Counted from the first letter of the whole stretch, positions 30,301 to 42,179 are shown. The stretch is DNA of 58,350 nucleotides, filler included, from a bacterium (GCA_024278215.1; 4 parts of 4 records of this genome joined end to end with filler, not necessarily neighbours in it); one strand, 5' to 3'. Translations and numbers: made by a program. Notes: generated from the sequence alone by a model not told the origin.

Positions 30301-33300
30301 GGGCGTCGCGTAATCGATCGATGCCGACCCCGTCGCCATGAAAATCTCGTAGGTTACAGGTGACGACATGTCAACAGCGCTCGACCAGTATACCCGCAGG
30401 CTGCCCCCCGTCTCGTTGTCGACGACACTCGCGATACCGGCGAAAACCGGTGGCGTCGTGTCGGTCGGAGTGGCGAAAAGTTCTTCGGTATTAGTCGATG
30501 TGAGTCCCGCGACATCGCGCGCGCGCACCGACACGTAATAGCCTGTCCCGTTTATAAGGCCTTCGAGGCTCACGGAAGTGACCGTTGTCGAGTAGTCAGG
30601 CGAGTTATAGTCCTGGCCGCTCGCCGTCATGGATATGAAGACCAGGTAAGTGATCGGCGATGAGTCGTCCGTGGCCGCGCTCCACGACGCGAGCAACGTG
30701 CCGTACGCGCCTGTGTCCACAAGTGACGATATTCCACCGAAAACGGGCGCGGCCCCATCGTTGGGTGTCGCGTATTTCTCGACTTCGTTGTTCTCTTCCC
30801 TTGTGCCCGCGTCCTCGGCTCTCACCACATAATAGTATTCCTGCCCGTTCGTCAGGCCGGTGATTATCGTCGAGGTGGCGGTGGTCTGATATGTCCATGA
30901 AGAGAAATTCTGCCCGCCGGATGTTTCCGCTTCGTAAATGTTGTAAAGGACAGGCGGTGAACTGTCGGTCGCGGCGTCCCACACGAGTTGTATCTCGCCT
31001 GATGACGCTGTCGGCGTGGCATAAGAAAGTCCGCTGAAGACAGGATCGACCCCGTCTGTCGGTATCGCCGAAAGCTCCACGCTGTTCGTGTCTTCATTGC
31101 CTGCCGAGTCTTCAGCCCGGACGACATAGTAGTACTCGACTCCCATTGTCAGCCCCGTGACCTGGTAGGTGGCGTTCTGTGTCTGGTATGTCCATGAACC
31201 GAAGTTGTAGCTCGTCGTCGATGTCTTCATGTAAATGTTGTAGCTGATCGGGGTCGAATTGTCTGTCGCATCGTACCACAGAAGGTCGAGTGCCGTTCCG
31301 GTCTCGGCGTCGTCACACTTCGCTATACCGTCGAATATCGGATTCACCCCGTCCGAGGGGGTCGCGGTCAGGACGACGACGTTTGTGTCCTCGTTGCCTT
31401 CCGCGTCCTCGGCGCGAACCGCGAAAGCATACTGGACATCATTTGTCAGCCCGGTAATATAATATCTGCCGGTTTGAGTTGTCGTGGTAATGTCGGGAAC
31501 GGCATACGAGTCGATGGTCGCGCCCTGGTTGTAGTAGATGTTGTAAGTGATCGGTGGAGTGTTGTCGGTAGCGGCGAGCCACAGTATGTAAACCTCCGCG
31601 CCTTCTCCTGTGTCCAGCGCGTTGTCGATACCCGCGAATGTGGGGGGCGTCGAATCTGTCGGGATCGCGCTTTTTTCCGTTGTGTTTGTATTTTCCAGCC
31701 CCGAGACGTCCTCGGCGCGCACGACAAAGAAATATTCCTGCCCGTTCTCGAAGTCGAAGTCGGCGTCGAGAGCCGCATTTAGAGCGAGTGTCGTCGTTGT
31801 CGACGCGGCGGAATACGCGGGTGTGCTGAAATTCTGTCCGCCGGATGTCGCAGCCACGTAGATATTGTATACGAAATTGGAATTGTCCGCGGCCGCGCCC
31901 CATGTAAGCTGTATCTCGCCGCCGTTTCCCGTATCCGCCGCAGCGGAAACCTCTCCGCCTGTCGGCGCGGCCCCGTCCGAGCACAGCGTGCCCAGTTCGA
32001 CTACGTTGTCGTCCTCATTGAGCGTGGCCGCGCTGTCCTGGGCGCGAACCACGAACCATTTATAGTCGCCGTATTCGAGTTCACCGGGCGCCAGTATCCC
32101 CGCGGTGATCTGAACTGAGGTACCGGATACCGACTGGATAGGTCCCGCAAAGTTATACTCGCCCTGTGTTTCCGTCATATACACAAGGTAGGTTATAGGT
32201 GGAGACAGGTCGGTGGCGGCGTCCCAGGTGAGGTCTATCGTCGGTTCGACTGCGGATTGCCCGTCCGTTGCGGACGTAATCCCGTTAAAGGCCGGGGCGT
32301 AGGTATCCGTCTCCTCGATGATGCTCAGTTCGTTGTCCGAGGACGACACAGTGCCGAGCAGCCAAGGTTCCGTGCCGCCCGCCCCCGTGCCCGGTGTCAC
32401 ATAATCTATCCCGTATGGCGAAGCGCCTACTGTCACCGATGCCGACGCGCCTCCCGCGGGACCGTTGTCCGCCGAATCGAAAACATAGACTTTCCCCTCT
32501 GACGGCACCGTGATATATATCAGGTCCGTGTCGGGATGGTACGCGACATCATAAGGCACGCTGTCCGTGAATATCGTCGCCTCGATACTGTCATCCGAAC
32601 CGTCAATGACAGTAGTCTGCCCGGCGGCGTCGTGTGTTATGTAAATTTTATTGGTTTCCTCGTTTATCGCGATGTTTTTCGGACTGTTGAATATGTTTAC
32701 GGTTTCAATATATGAATTGTTCGTGCCGTCATATACGAAAAGCTTGTTATAAGCGGTGATGACATAAACCCTGTTGGTCGTTTCGTTTACGGCGACATCG
32801 ACAGGGGCCGCCAATCCATCTCCGGAGATCGGCGTCAGCGAGGCATACGTCTGCGCGTTTATCACCCTGACCTTATCGTTAGTGTAATCCACGATAAAAA
32901 CTTCGTCCGTGGCGTTCGCCGTGTTGATCGCTATGCCGTTGCTGTATTCCTGTCCCGTGGGTCCCGTACTCATCAACATGGAAATCGGCGACTCCAGCAC
33001 CTCGGTATCCAGATCATAAATAAAAAGTCTGAAATAAGTGTTGTCGGTTACGAAAACCTTCGGGTCGCTAAGGTTCTCATAGATCGCAACACCCCACGGC
33101 TTGCTTGAACCGCCGTTAAGAGATATCACCTTCTGCGCGAATGTGTCGCCGGCGATTTCGAGCAGCAGCCCATCGTCCGGCACAGTCACGAAATACCGTG
33201 TGTGTGTCGCGTGCGGTATCGCCACGAACTGGCCGGCATACGTACCCATATCCACGTTCGTCGGATTCGATGCCTCCGCTTCCGCTCTCCGCGCCACCCC

Positions 33301-33408
33301 GGACATCACCGCCATAACCAATATCAATATGGTAGCGAATACCACACCGCAGAGGTTTCTGTAAAACAAACGACAGACGGCATCGCTCAATAATTCCTTG
33401 TTCTGCAT
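27337..33408 (-). CDS. Giant secreted protein: YVTN beta-propeller, about 14 fibronectin type III domains, C-terminal dockerin-like duplicated EF-hand
   Basis: PVDVAVNETTNRVYV/PKNIAINEETNKIYIT blades; D..PP.F.G...L.W...YY.VVRAED repeats; NTNCDNIVNALDL...DNNGDGTVNALDI. Confidence 0.88.
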   Translation of the reverse strand: MQNKELLSDAVCRLFYRNLCGVVFATILILVMAVMSGVARRAEAEASNPTNVDMGTYAGQFVAIPHATHTRYFVTVPDDGLLLEIAGDTFAQKVISLNGGSSKPWGVAIYENLSDPKVFVTDNTYFRLFIYDLDTEVLESPISMLMSTGPTGQEYSNGIAINTANATDEVFIVDYTNDKVRVINAQTYASLTPISGDGLAAPVDVAVNETTNRVYVITAYNKLFVYDGTNNSYIETVNIFNSPKNIAINEETNKIYITHDAAGQTTVIDGSDDSIEATIFTDSVPYDVAYHPDTDLIYITVPSEGKVYVFDSADNGPAGGASASVTVGASPYGIDYVTPGTGAGGTEPWLLGTVSSSDNELSIIEETDTYAPAFNGITSATDGQSAVEPTIDLTWDAATDLSPPITYLVYMTETQGEYNFAGPIQSVSGTSVQITAGILAPGELEYGDYKWFVVRAQDSAATLNEDDNVVELGTLCSDGAAPTGGEVSAAADTGNGGEIQLTWGAAADNSNFVYNIYVAATSGGQNFSTPAYSAASTTTTLALNAALDADFDFENGQEYFFVVRAEDVSGLENTNTTEKSAIPTDSTPPTFAGIDNALDTGEGAEVYILWLAATDNTPPITYNIYYNQGATIDSYAVPDITTTTQTGRYYITGLTNDVQYAFAVRAEDAEGNEDTNVVVLTATPSDGVNPIFDGIAKCDDAETGTALDLLWYDATDNSTPISYNIYMKTSTTSYNFGSWTYQTQNATYQVTGLTMGVEYYYVVRAEDSAGNEDTNSVELSAIPTDGVDPVFSGLSYATPTASSGEIQLVWDAATDSSPPVLYNIYEAETSGGQNFSSWTYQTTATSTIITGLTNGQEYYYVVRAEDAGTREENNEVEKYATPNDGAAPVFGGISSLVDTGAYGTLLASWSAATDDSSPITYLVFISMTASGQDYNSPDYSTTVTSVSLEGLINGTGYYVSVRARDVAGLTSTNTEELFATPTDTTPPVFAGIASVVDNETGGSLRVYWSSAVDMSSPVTYEIFMATGSASIDYATPIAEVYGTNYYDVDGLTNGVSHKFSIWARDAASPPNYSTNTVQLSGIPTDQSPPSFEGVESVKNVTTTSKEIKVSWSTATDNSLPITYNIYYKKNGTLAEVLADGIKTSTSVTSVTISSLENKQTYYFVVRAEDSAGNEDTNTNIMGGMPVDNVPPDFDGLESAADTMIGNEVLLTWSQPTDDTLPVRYNIYVQKGTTTNLLDEPDYTVSNTASTSLSITGLDNNELYYFAVGAFDAVDFYPQNETTADVIVSATPTDRTPPTFAGAQSVSNTTEGGTLRVSWDEASDRSTPVTYNIYQTTTSGIYDFSSPTYQAPAGSYYDVTGLTDGTTYYYLVTSVDASIYANESSTWTTELSGTPGDTDPPVFGGITGLSIYSGDGELQLQWDEAQDQSTPVQYNIYQAPLSGLYTFSTPTYTTTATIYIATGFEDEQWAFFTVRAQDSVSPPNEDDNVVEIGIQYQDNVAPATPGSVAAAAGDDSTAEGDEYVLISWSTPTLNTDGSALTDLMGYEVFRSTTSGGQNPDPQYAVNRNDGTLDAMIPATWTTYKDYTVATGTEYFYVVVAGDDAAPVNYSPQSTEVSATAVNSDDAIPNPPGDLLALGATGQVNLTWTIPDENTNGTPLTDLAGFLLYRGISSGNYQLLTSQLEPTKTNYQDTNVVDGTTYYYAMKSVDSSNPANESAFSSETYATPGAPTDYPPNAPTNLLTTPGSGVCGLSWTKPTQNTDGSSYADHQGYNVYRYYTGATTTVKINGETLVPSSSYNDYTISTGILYSYSVTAVDEGGNESASSSVTTCIYGTKGVRGRIRVRDMDQRDPATNEYMKVGKENLTVMLVDSDGQTLATAYTDSDGYYQLIYEDGSTSEKYDVRLLVVDGSGYPVSAPMSGGIGYYTLHKDINLQEGSPPFDLLTPEPAPVGAGPVIGNTNCDNIVNALDLAVMKPAWGKLEGDPEYDINVDNNGDGTVNALDIAIMKSFWGSLVASSSTSPCQ

Positions 33409-33555
33409 TATTGGTTCCTATTTATCAATTGTGTACAGGCACACGACAGCGGCACCTGTGTATTTATACTTGTGCGTTTTTCAATGTATGGTGAGAATTT
33501 TGGGAACATGACTGAAATTCGACCTTTAATTCCGGATCGTGTCCCCATAAATTCT

Positions 33556-33752
33556 ACTACTGTCACGTCAGGCTTGTAACGTCGCAAGAAAGTGTAGACA
33601 AGGGCGGGGTCACCGTACCCCGCCTGAACATATTTCTCGCGAAAACAGTTTGTACAGGCACAAGTTGAGGCGGGGTACGGTGACCCCGCCCTGCATCTTT
33701 ATAGTTTTTACGCTACCCCATCTTACATCTTTTCTTTGTTGACATGGCACTG
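33556..33752. repeat. Family C element, copy 2 (inverted relative to 168-359)
   Basis: Shares reverse-complement blocks such as CCCCGCCTGAACATATTTCTC.CGAAAACAGTTTGTAC.GGCACAAG. Confidence 0.85.
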
Positions 33753-33877
33753 CCTTTTATAAAAACAAGCAAGTTTATACTTAATATTATAACATATCTT
33801 TTACAAAATAGATATATATTTCTGATGCGCAACATGCAATAATCGAGCTTCTCCGAGCAGCATTCTGTGATGTTTCG

Positions 33878-33950
33878 TACCCGCATATTTCATCAATGCG
33901 AGTAGAAACCACAGATTCCACGACAGAGCCATTTCCATAATGGCAAGCGA
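33878..33950. repeat. Degenerate family B left end
   Basis: TACCCGCATATTTCATCAATGCGAGTAGAAACC resembles TAACCCGCATATTTCACAAATGCGGGTGAAAAACC. Confidence 0.55.
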
Positions 33951-34002
33951 ATAAATGCTTGTTTGCCCCCGTGGGGAAATAAGCCATACCCCGGCTTTTT
34001 CA

Positions 34003-35961
<1,959 letters not shown>

Positions 35962-36064
35962 TATATTTTCTCCAATCGGCGTTTAAATTCAGTGGTTTTC
36001 ATAGAGAATATCGTACCGTGTGAGCGTGTGCGGTGTCAAGAAATAAGATTGCGGGGCGGGCACA

Positions 36065-36128
36065 CCGATAACGCGGCTCGGAGCAATTGCAGCCGGAAGT
36101 AGTAGAACTGAATTTTGCAATTGGCTCA
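36065..36128. repeat. Partial family A element (right end)
   Basis: CCGATAACGCGGCT...GCAGCCG...GAATTTTGCAATTGGCTCA aligns to about 75-139. Confidence 0.65.
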
Positions 36129-36279
36129 GATATGGGTGCAATTCCAAAAAGTTTCGCAGGTATCGAGACAAGTTTCGCGGAACTCTTGACATGACAGGCT
36201 GAAAATAGTATTTAATATCTCTGGATGTCGGTTTCTGTGAGTTGCAGTCGGAAAACATCCATGAAACTTGAATCGGACA

Positions 36280-36446
36280 GGCTTATCACAATGCCCGGAA
36301 AACGGGCGCACGGAATCCGGTGGGAAACCGGAACGGTCAGGCCGCTGTGAGCGAGGACGAAAACCGCAGGAGTGCCACCGCCGATAATTCGGCGGGAAGG
36401 CGCGGCGAGTAGGTTGATCCGCGAGTCAGAAGACGTGTGAAAAGCC
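36280..36446 (+). ncRNA. Cobalamin riboswitch
   Basis: P1 GGCTTATCACA/TGTGAAAAGCC; GGAATCCGGTG.GAAACCGGAACGG..GCCGCTGT; GCCAC...GGGAAGGC; B12 box GAGTCAGAAGAC; upstream of a btuB-like gene. Confidence 0.92.
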
Positions 36447-36510
36447 GCCTTGCATTATGTTCTTCCAGCGAAAGAACGTAAGGTCTGATGCTGAATCATT
36501 ACGTTCAATC

Positions 36511-36547
36511 AAACCCCGTTTCTTTCGCGAGAGAAACGGGGTTTTTT
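36511..36547 (+). terminator. Terminator hairpin, probable riboswitch expression platform
   Basis: AAACCCCGTTTCTTTC-GC-GAGAGAAACGGGGTTTTTT. Confidence 0.8.
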
Positions 36548-36742
36548 CGTTCCCGCCTGCCGCGACCGGCCCATGCGGCACATCGCGTGCCCGGTGTGTG
36601 CCGCTCACAGTCTCATTTGTGTATACGTGGCGACCGGTCGCCGACAGGCGTTCACATACTTGACACAGGTGTCGCGTGGAAGCAGCTTTTGTCGCGGCGC
36701 GAAAGTTTGTCAAAAAACAACAGAAGGAAAACGGAGGTTTTT

Positions 36743-38479
36743 ATGAAAAAGAGATACGCGGGATTTATTACAGGAATGTTTTTTGTTGTCGCACTGGGCG
36801 CAGTGTTTATCGCGGGTTGTGGCGGTAGCAGCGGTACAGGGTCCTACACGGTTTCCGGCACGCTTGAGATTCCGGACACAACGACCGGCGCGGCGAGGAT
36901 GGCCGCTGCTATGGGCGCAGCTACAGGCACTGTGCAGTTGTCAATCGTCAGCGCCACCGGCACTGAAACAATTATTGCCGGTCCGATCAGTACCGACGAC
37001 AACGGTAAGTATTCATTCGCTGTGTCCAACACATACTCATATACGGTAAACCACGTGATAGCGAGAGCTGTTGTGACAGCACCCGACGGCGCGACCGCCA
37101 CGCTTCGCACCAATGTGACCGGCACAACTGCCGACATCACGCCTGTGACGGAAGCCGCCTACCAGATCATCACAGAAAAACTCGTTTCGGACGGAAAAAC
37201 TTTCAACGACCTGACCTACACGGAAGTCGCCGACATCGTGACAAAGGTGATAAGTGCTGTCGGAACCAGCGCGGACAGTCTCGCCGATTCGCTCGACACG
37301 ATTATAAACAACGCCAAAAGCATCGCCGCATTCGACGCCGATGTGCAGTCCGCTCTGAACTCGGCGGTCGACGACACATCTTCCGCTATCAATTACATCG
37401 TGATGGCGAACACGCCTTCGGGATGGTCGGAAACACAGGGCGACTTCGCTTATATGGCACTTACGGGAAGCGCGGATATCGCTCCTTCGGCTACATACAA
37501 TCTGCTGAGTCCCAACCCGGTCAACAGTGATGTGGCCATCGCGGTCGACAACTCCTATGTATATATTCTCAACAGGTACGGATACGATACAGTCGTCGTG
37601 CTCGATCCCGCGGCCGGGTTCAGTGTGACCGCAAACTATTCGCTGAAAGAGAACTCTTCGGACGCAACGCTCAATCCCCAGGATATCGAAATTATCAGCT
37701 CGACAAAAGCTTATGTGACACTTAATGAAAAAGACTATATCCAGATAATCAATCCGCTTACGGGTGAGCGCACAGGTACGATATCGCTTGCGCCCTACAC
37801 GCAACAATTCGGGAGCGGCGACACACTGGACACTATTCCCGAAGCTGCGAATATGGTCGCGGTCGGCAGCAAAGTTTTTGTCGCTGTCCAGAATCTCGAC
37901 AGATCAAACTACTGGGCAACCACGGATTACGCGAAGGTCGTCGTCATCGACACCAGCACAGACACGGCCGTCGCGAGTATCGACCTGAGCGCGAACTGCG
38001 GGCAGAACCCCACGGGCGATCTTGTGTATGCGTATAACCTCATATACCTGACATGTTCGGGCAGCACCTTCAACCCGACAGGCCCGGAATCGGCCGGCAT
38101 AGCATCCATAGACCCGGCCACTTATGCCGTCACGAAAATAGCTTCGAAGGGGGACGGCGATTTCTCCTGTTCGCCCAGCAACATCGCAATAGCTTCCGCG
38201 ACAAAAGGCTATTTCACATGTATTACATCGTGGCCGACTACCGCCGTGTATGCTTTCAATCCTTCGACCGGCGATGTAAACTCGACAGCGATTTTCTCGG
38301 GATCGGTCGGTTTCGATCTCGGCATCGACCCGGACGGCAACCTCGTGGTGCCCTCGCGCGACACATCCGCGCCGGGCCTGCTTTTCTTCGATACGTCCAC
38401 AGACGAGCAGGTTTACAGCAGTGTCGTTCCTGTCGGTCTCATGCCCGAAGCTTTCGACTTCTTTACTTACACGCCGTAG
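36743..38479 (+). CDS. Surface lipoprotein with C-terminal YncE/BtuG-like beta-propeller
   Basis: ATG at 36743 with GGAGG RBS; lipobox IAGC; blades 'NPQDIEIISSTKAYVT', 'GSKVFVAVQNLD', 'VVVIDTSTD'. Confidence 0.8.
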   Translation: MKKRYAGFITGMFFVVALGAVFIAGCGGSSGTGSYTVSGTLEIPDTTTGAARMAAAMGAATGTVQLSIVSATGTETIIAGPISTDDNGKYSFAVSNTYSYTVNHVIARAVVTAPDGATATLRTNVTGTTADITPVTEAAYQIITEKLVSDGKTFNDLTYTEVADIVTKVISAVGTSADSLADSLDTIINNAKSIAAFDADVQSALNSAVDDTSSAINYIVMANTPSGWSETQGDFAYMALTGSADIAPSATYNLLSPNPVNSDVAIAVDNSYVYILNRYGYDTVVVLDPAAGFSVTANYSLKENSSDATLNPQDIEIISSTKAYVTLNEKDYIQIINPLTGERTGTISLAPYTQQFGSGDTLDTIPEAANMVAVGSKVFVAVQNLDRSNYWATTDYAKVVVIDTSTDTAVASIDLSANCGQNPTGDLVYAYNLIYLTCSGSTFNPTGPESAGIASIDPATYAVTKIASKGDGDFSCSPSNIAIASATKGYFTCITSWPTTAVYAFNPSTGDVNSTAIFSGSVGFDLGIDPDGNLVVPSRDTSAPGLLFFDTSTDEQVYSSVVPVGLMPEAFDFFTYTP

Positions 38480-38569
38480 TGTAGTTAATGTATATTTTCA
38501 AGTTGCATAGACATTTATCAATCAATCCGTGGCCGGTGCAATTCCGGCCGCGGTGTTCTTTCTTACCGG

Positions 38570-40624
38570 ATGGTTCGCATGAGATCAACAACCAATAGTT
38601 TGCACATTTTATTTACGGCTTTGTTGGCGTCTGCGCTGGTAATGTGCGCGGCGCGGCAGGGCAGGGCGGCGGACACGCAGCCGGAACCGTTCTATCTCGG
38701 CGAGGTAGTGATCGAAGCCGATTATACCGACCACGATGTGGAAGAGATAATGGACAGGCCGATAAATACGACGGTTATACGCCGCGAAGACTTCGAGAAC
38801 AGGTTCACATCATTGCCTGAAGTGTTGTCCGAACAGGCGGGCGTCGAGATAAAAACTTATGGCGGATTCGGCAGCTACAGTACTGTTTCCATCAGGGGCG
38901 TTTCGTCGGATAAAGTACTGGTTATGCTCGACGGCATCCCGCTGAATCTCGGGCTCGGCGGCGCTGTGAACATCGGCGACCTGCCGTTGAAAACACTCGA
39001 AAGAATTGAGGTGTACAAGGGGCATGTCCCCGCCGAATTCGGTACGAACGCCATCGGCGGTGTGGTCAATCTCGTAACGCGGAAAGGCGGCGGAAAGACC
39101 GGGGGCGGCCTTTCGCTTTCAGCCGGCGACTACGATACACGTGAGTTCAATCTTTTCACGAGCTCGTCGGCTAAAGACCTCGACCTTGCCGTGAGCCTGA
39201 CGAGGCGCGAGTCCGACGGCGATTTCGATTATCTCAACGATATGGGAACGCCCTACAACAGCTCGGACGACAGCCGCATATCGCGCAAAAACAACTGGTT
39301 CAGGGACACTCATGCCGTCCTGAACGCGGAGTATGCCGTCGACAGGAACCGGAGACTCATTTTCGGTCAGCGCTGGTCGTATAAGAACCAGGGTGTGCCC
39401 GGACCGGCCAACTCGCCGTCGCTCTTCGCCAACCTGAAAACTCTGAATACCGTAATGAACCTCAAGTACAAAAACCGCGAAGGACTCGGCCCCGACACGG
39501 AGACGGGCGTCGACCTGCAACTTCATAAATACGAGTCGAGATTCAACGACACCTACACAAACAGCGGCGAGATCGGCCTGAACAGGCAGGACAACAGGAA
39601 CACCACAACAAGCACGTCTCTTACAGGGCATTTCAATACATACATCGGCGCGAATCATGAAATATACGGCTCCCTGTCGCGCACTCGCGAACACTACCAG
39701 CCTACAGACAGGATGAAGGAGATCGAAGTGGGGATGCCGAGCACGCGGACGGCATGGACCACACGCCTCGAATACCGGTTCAGGTCCGGCAGTGACAGGC
39801 TGCTCGCTACGGCGGCGGTCGGGCGCCAGGATGTGAAGTCTACTTTCCCAGGCGACGATCCCGACACCAGCTGGCTGTTGCAGCCCGACCAGACGGATAA
39901 ACAGAAACTCGACGACTATCACCTGGGACTCCGCCTGCGGATTTCAGAGAGGCTGACGATGAAAGCCAACGCGGGTAAATACTATCGGCTGCCCGGCTTC
40001 TACGAGCTGTTCGGCGACCGCGGCAGTGTGGTGGGCAACACCGACCTCAGGCCCGAAAACGGCGAGAATCTGGACATCGGACTCTCGCTGACCGCAGGGC
40101 CGTCAAAAAATAATGTCACATTCGATTTTACTTATTTCGATCAGAATATCGACGACATAATCGTGTTTGTCGAAAAAACGAGAACCGTTTTCTATGCGAC
40201 AAATCTCAAAAACGCCAGTATCAGAGGCACGGAAGCAAGTCTCAACTGGAAGATATCACCCTCATGGCGCTTCAACGCCAATCACACATGGAAAGACACG
40301 GAAAACGGTGGGGACCCACCCTCGGACTCCGGCAAGAAACTGCCGGGCCAATATGAAGACACGTGGAACTTCAAACTACAGTGGAACATCGCCGGCTTCG
40401 AGATATACAACAGCCTCGAACTCGCACGCAACGCCTATCTCGATTCCGCGAATTTCAATGAACTCGACGACCGTGACATTTATAACGCGGGCTTAAGTTA
40501 TTCCGTCGGCGACTGGGTTCTGTCCGTCGACGTCAAGAATATTAATGACAATGTAATCAGCGACGTAATCGGTTATCCACTCCCCGGCAGGTCTACCTAC
40601 TTCACAGTGAAACGCACTTTCTGA
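38570..40624 (+). CDS. btuB: TonB-dependent receptor, probable vitamin B12 transporter
   Basis: TonB box LGEVVI; plug motifs SIRG..VLVMLDGIP..ERIEVYKG..GGVVNLVT; NTDLRPE; C-terminal GYPLPGRSTYFTVKRTF; downstream of the Cbl riboswitch. Confidence 0.85.
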   Translation: MVRMRSTTNSLHILFTALLASALVMCAARQGRAADTQPEPFYLGEVVIEADYTDHDVEEIMDRPINTTVIRREDFENRFTSLPEVLSEQAGVEIKTYGGFGSYSTVSIRGVSSDKVLVMLDGIPLNLGLGGAVNIGDLPLKTLERIEVYKGHVPAEFGTNAIGGVVNLVTRKGGGKTGGGLSLSAGDYDTREFNLFTSSSAKDLDLAVSLTRRESDGDFDYLNDMGTPYNSSDDSRISRKNNWFRDTHAVLNAEYAVDRNRRLIFGQRWSYKNQGVPGPANSPSLFANLKTLNTVMNLKYKNREGLGPDTETGVDLQLHKYESRFNDTYTNSGEIGLNRQDNRNTTTSTSLTGHFNTYIGANHEIYGSLSRTREHYQPTDRMKEIEVGMPSTRTAWTTRLEYRFRSGSDRLLATAAVGRQDVKSTFPGDDPDTSWLLQPDQTDKQKLDDYHLGLRLRISERLTMKANAGKYYRLPGFYELFGDRGSVVGNTDLRPENGENLDIGLSLTAGPSKNNVTFDFTYFDQNIDDIIVFVEKTRTVFYATNLKNASIRGTEASLNWKISPSWRFNANHTWKDTENGGDPPSDSGKKLPGQYEDTWNFKLQWNIAGFEIYNSLELARNAYLDSANFNELDDRDIYNAGLSYSVGDWVLSVDVKNINDNVISDVIGYPLPGRSTYFTVKRTF

Positions 40625-40757
40625 CAGGTCCTCGCTTCAGAAATAATTGCCGGAATTTCAGCCTATCGCCACAAAGACACCGGCTGCCGGAAACTCTTTT
40701 GTGGTCCCGGCAGCCTATATGTTATAATCCACTACCTTTTTGATTGGAGCTCTATTC

Positions 40758-41345
40758 ATGAGAACAAAATTTTATACGATGATCGCCATGATCGCATTAA
40801 CTCTTATCATGTCGGTTTCGTCCTCTGTGCACGCACAGGATAAGAAAGCACCGCGGGACAAGAAAGATGCACTGCTGGAACTGTTCGAGATTATTGATTA
40901 CAAGGGACAGATGTTGAAGATCTCCGAATCGATGACCGAGCAGGTGAAACAGCAGAGTGAAAAGATGATGGGCAGAATGATGAAGAGCAGCAGCCTTTCG
41001 GATGAAGAGAAAGAATACATCGAGACCGAATTCATGCCGGAGTATGTCAGGAAAATGACGGATGCCATTACCACGATATTCAAAAACGATGAGATAATAA
41101 CAAACATCCTTATGCCGGTATATGCAAAGCAGTTCACGGGAGAAGAAGTAAAACAACTGATTTCCTTTTACAAAACACCGGTCGGAAAAAAAGTCGTGAA
41201 GACAATGCCGGAGATCACGCAGGAAGTCATGGGTGCGCTGTTGACGGAATATGGACCACAGATACAGGAAGCGGTAAAAAACGTGACGTTGGGAATGATG
41301 AAGAAGTTCCAGGAGAAGTTCGGGAGACAGATTATACCTGAATAG
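40758..41345 (+). CDS. DUF2059-like exported protein
   Basis: Signal peptide; YAKQFTGEEVKQLISFYKTPVGKKVVKTMP motif. Confidence 0.8.
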   Translation: MRTKFYTMIAMIALTLIMSVSSSVHAQDKKAPRDKKDALLELFEIIDYKGQMLKISESMTEQVKQQSEKMMGRMMKSSSLSDEEKEYIETEFMPEYVRKMTDAITTIFKNDEIITNILMPVYAKQFTGEEVKQLISFYKTPVGKKVVKTMPEITQEVMGALLTEYGPQIQEAVKNVTLGMMKKFQEKFGRQIIPE

Positions 41346-41501
41346 GCATAAAAACCAGCTCGAAAGCCATGGATGTTCCGGGCGCGCGCCGAAGTTTTTT
41401 ATGGTGAACACAGCGCGTTCAGTCTATACGTTCCGGGTCGGAGCACCGAAACGATGAAAACTTCTGCCGTTTATTGCTGAAACACATCGGAGGCTACGTT
41501 T

Positions 41502-42140
41502 TTGAATATGAAAAGGTTGAGAATCTTTCTTACGAGACACGGCGAAACGCAATGGAACGCCGAGTGGCGCATTCAGGGTCACACGGACATGGAATTAAAC
41601 GACAACGGGATAGCGCAGGCTGAAGCACTGTCGAAGCGACTCGAAGGATCGGGTATTTCCGCTATTTATTCGAGTGACATGTCGCGAGCGTCGCGTACGG
41701 CTGCGATCATTCAGAACCGGCTTCCCGACAGCCGCCTCATACTTTCGCCGCTTCTGCGCGAGCGGCACTGGGGCTCTTTCGAAGGCAAACAATGGAAAGA
41801 GATCGAGGACGAGTTGCCCGACGAGATAAAGGAACTGCGCAGGCACCCTGTCGATTTCAAGCCGGAGGGCGGCGAATCGCGGCGCGACGTTCTGAACCGC
41901 CTGACCGAATTTATGAATAATGTAAGGTCCGAACACGAAGACGGCATAATTATGATTGTGACACACGGTGGTGTGAGTTCGCTGATGATCAAATACATCA
42001 CAGACCTCGACCTGGCCACGATTACGCCGTTCAAAATTGATAATTGTTCGGTGAATATCATCGATCTCATTGACGGCGAGCATTGGCTGATACAGTGTCT
42101 GAACGATGTGTCGCATCTTGAAGACAGGCGCATAGTGTAG
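41502..42140 (+). CDS. Histidine phosphatase (GpmB/CobC family)
   Basis: RHGETQWN, YSSDMSRA, LRERHWG.FEG, PEGGES, VTHGG. Confidence 0.92.
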   Translation: MNMKRLRIFLTRHGETQWNAEWRIQGHTDMELNDNGIAQAEALSKRLEGSGISAIYSSDMSRASRTAAIIQNRLPDSRLILSPLLRERHWGSFEGKQWKEIEDELPDEIKELRRHPVDFKPEGGESRRDVLNRLTEFMNNVRSEHEDGIIMIVTHGGVSSLMIKYITDLDLATITPFKIDNCSVNIIDLIDGEHWLIQCLNDVSHLEDRRIV

Positions 42141-42179
42141 TACTATGGAAACAGCGATGTTACGCAAGCGGGCGAGGCG

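Noticed and set aside
36488-36742. Long N-terminal extension of the lipoprotein ORF
   Set aside because: Runs through the riboswitch terminator; ATG 36743 has the RBS and signal peptide.
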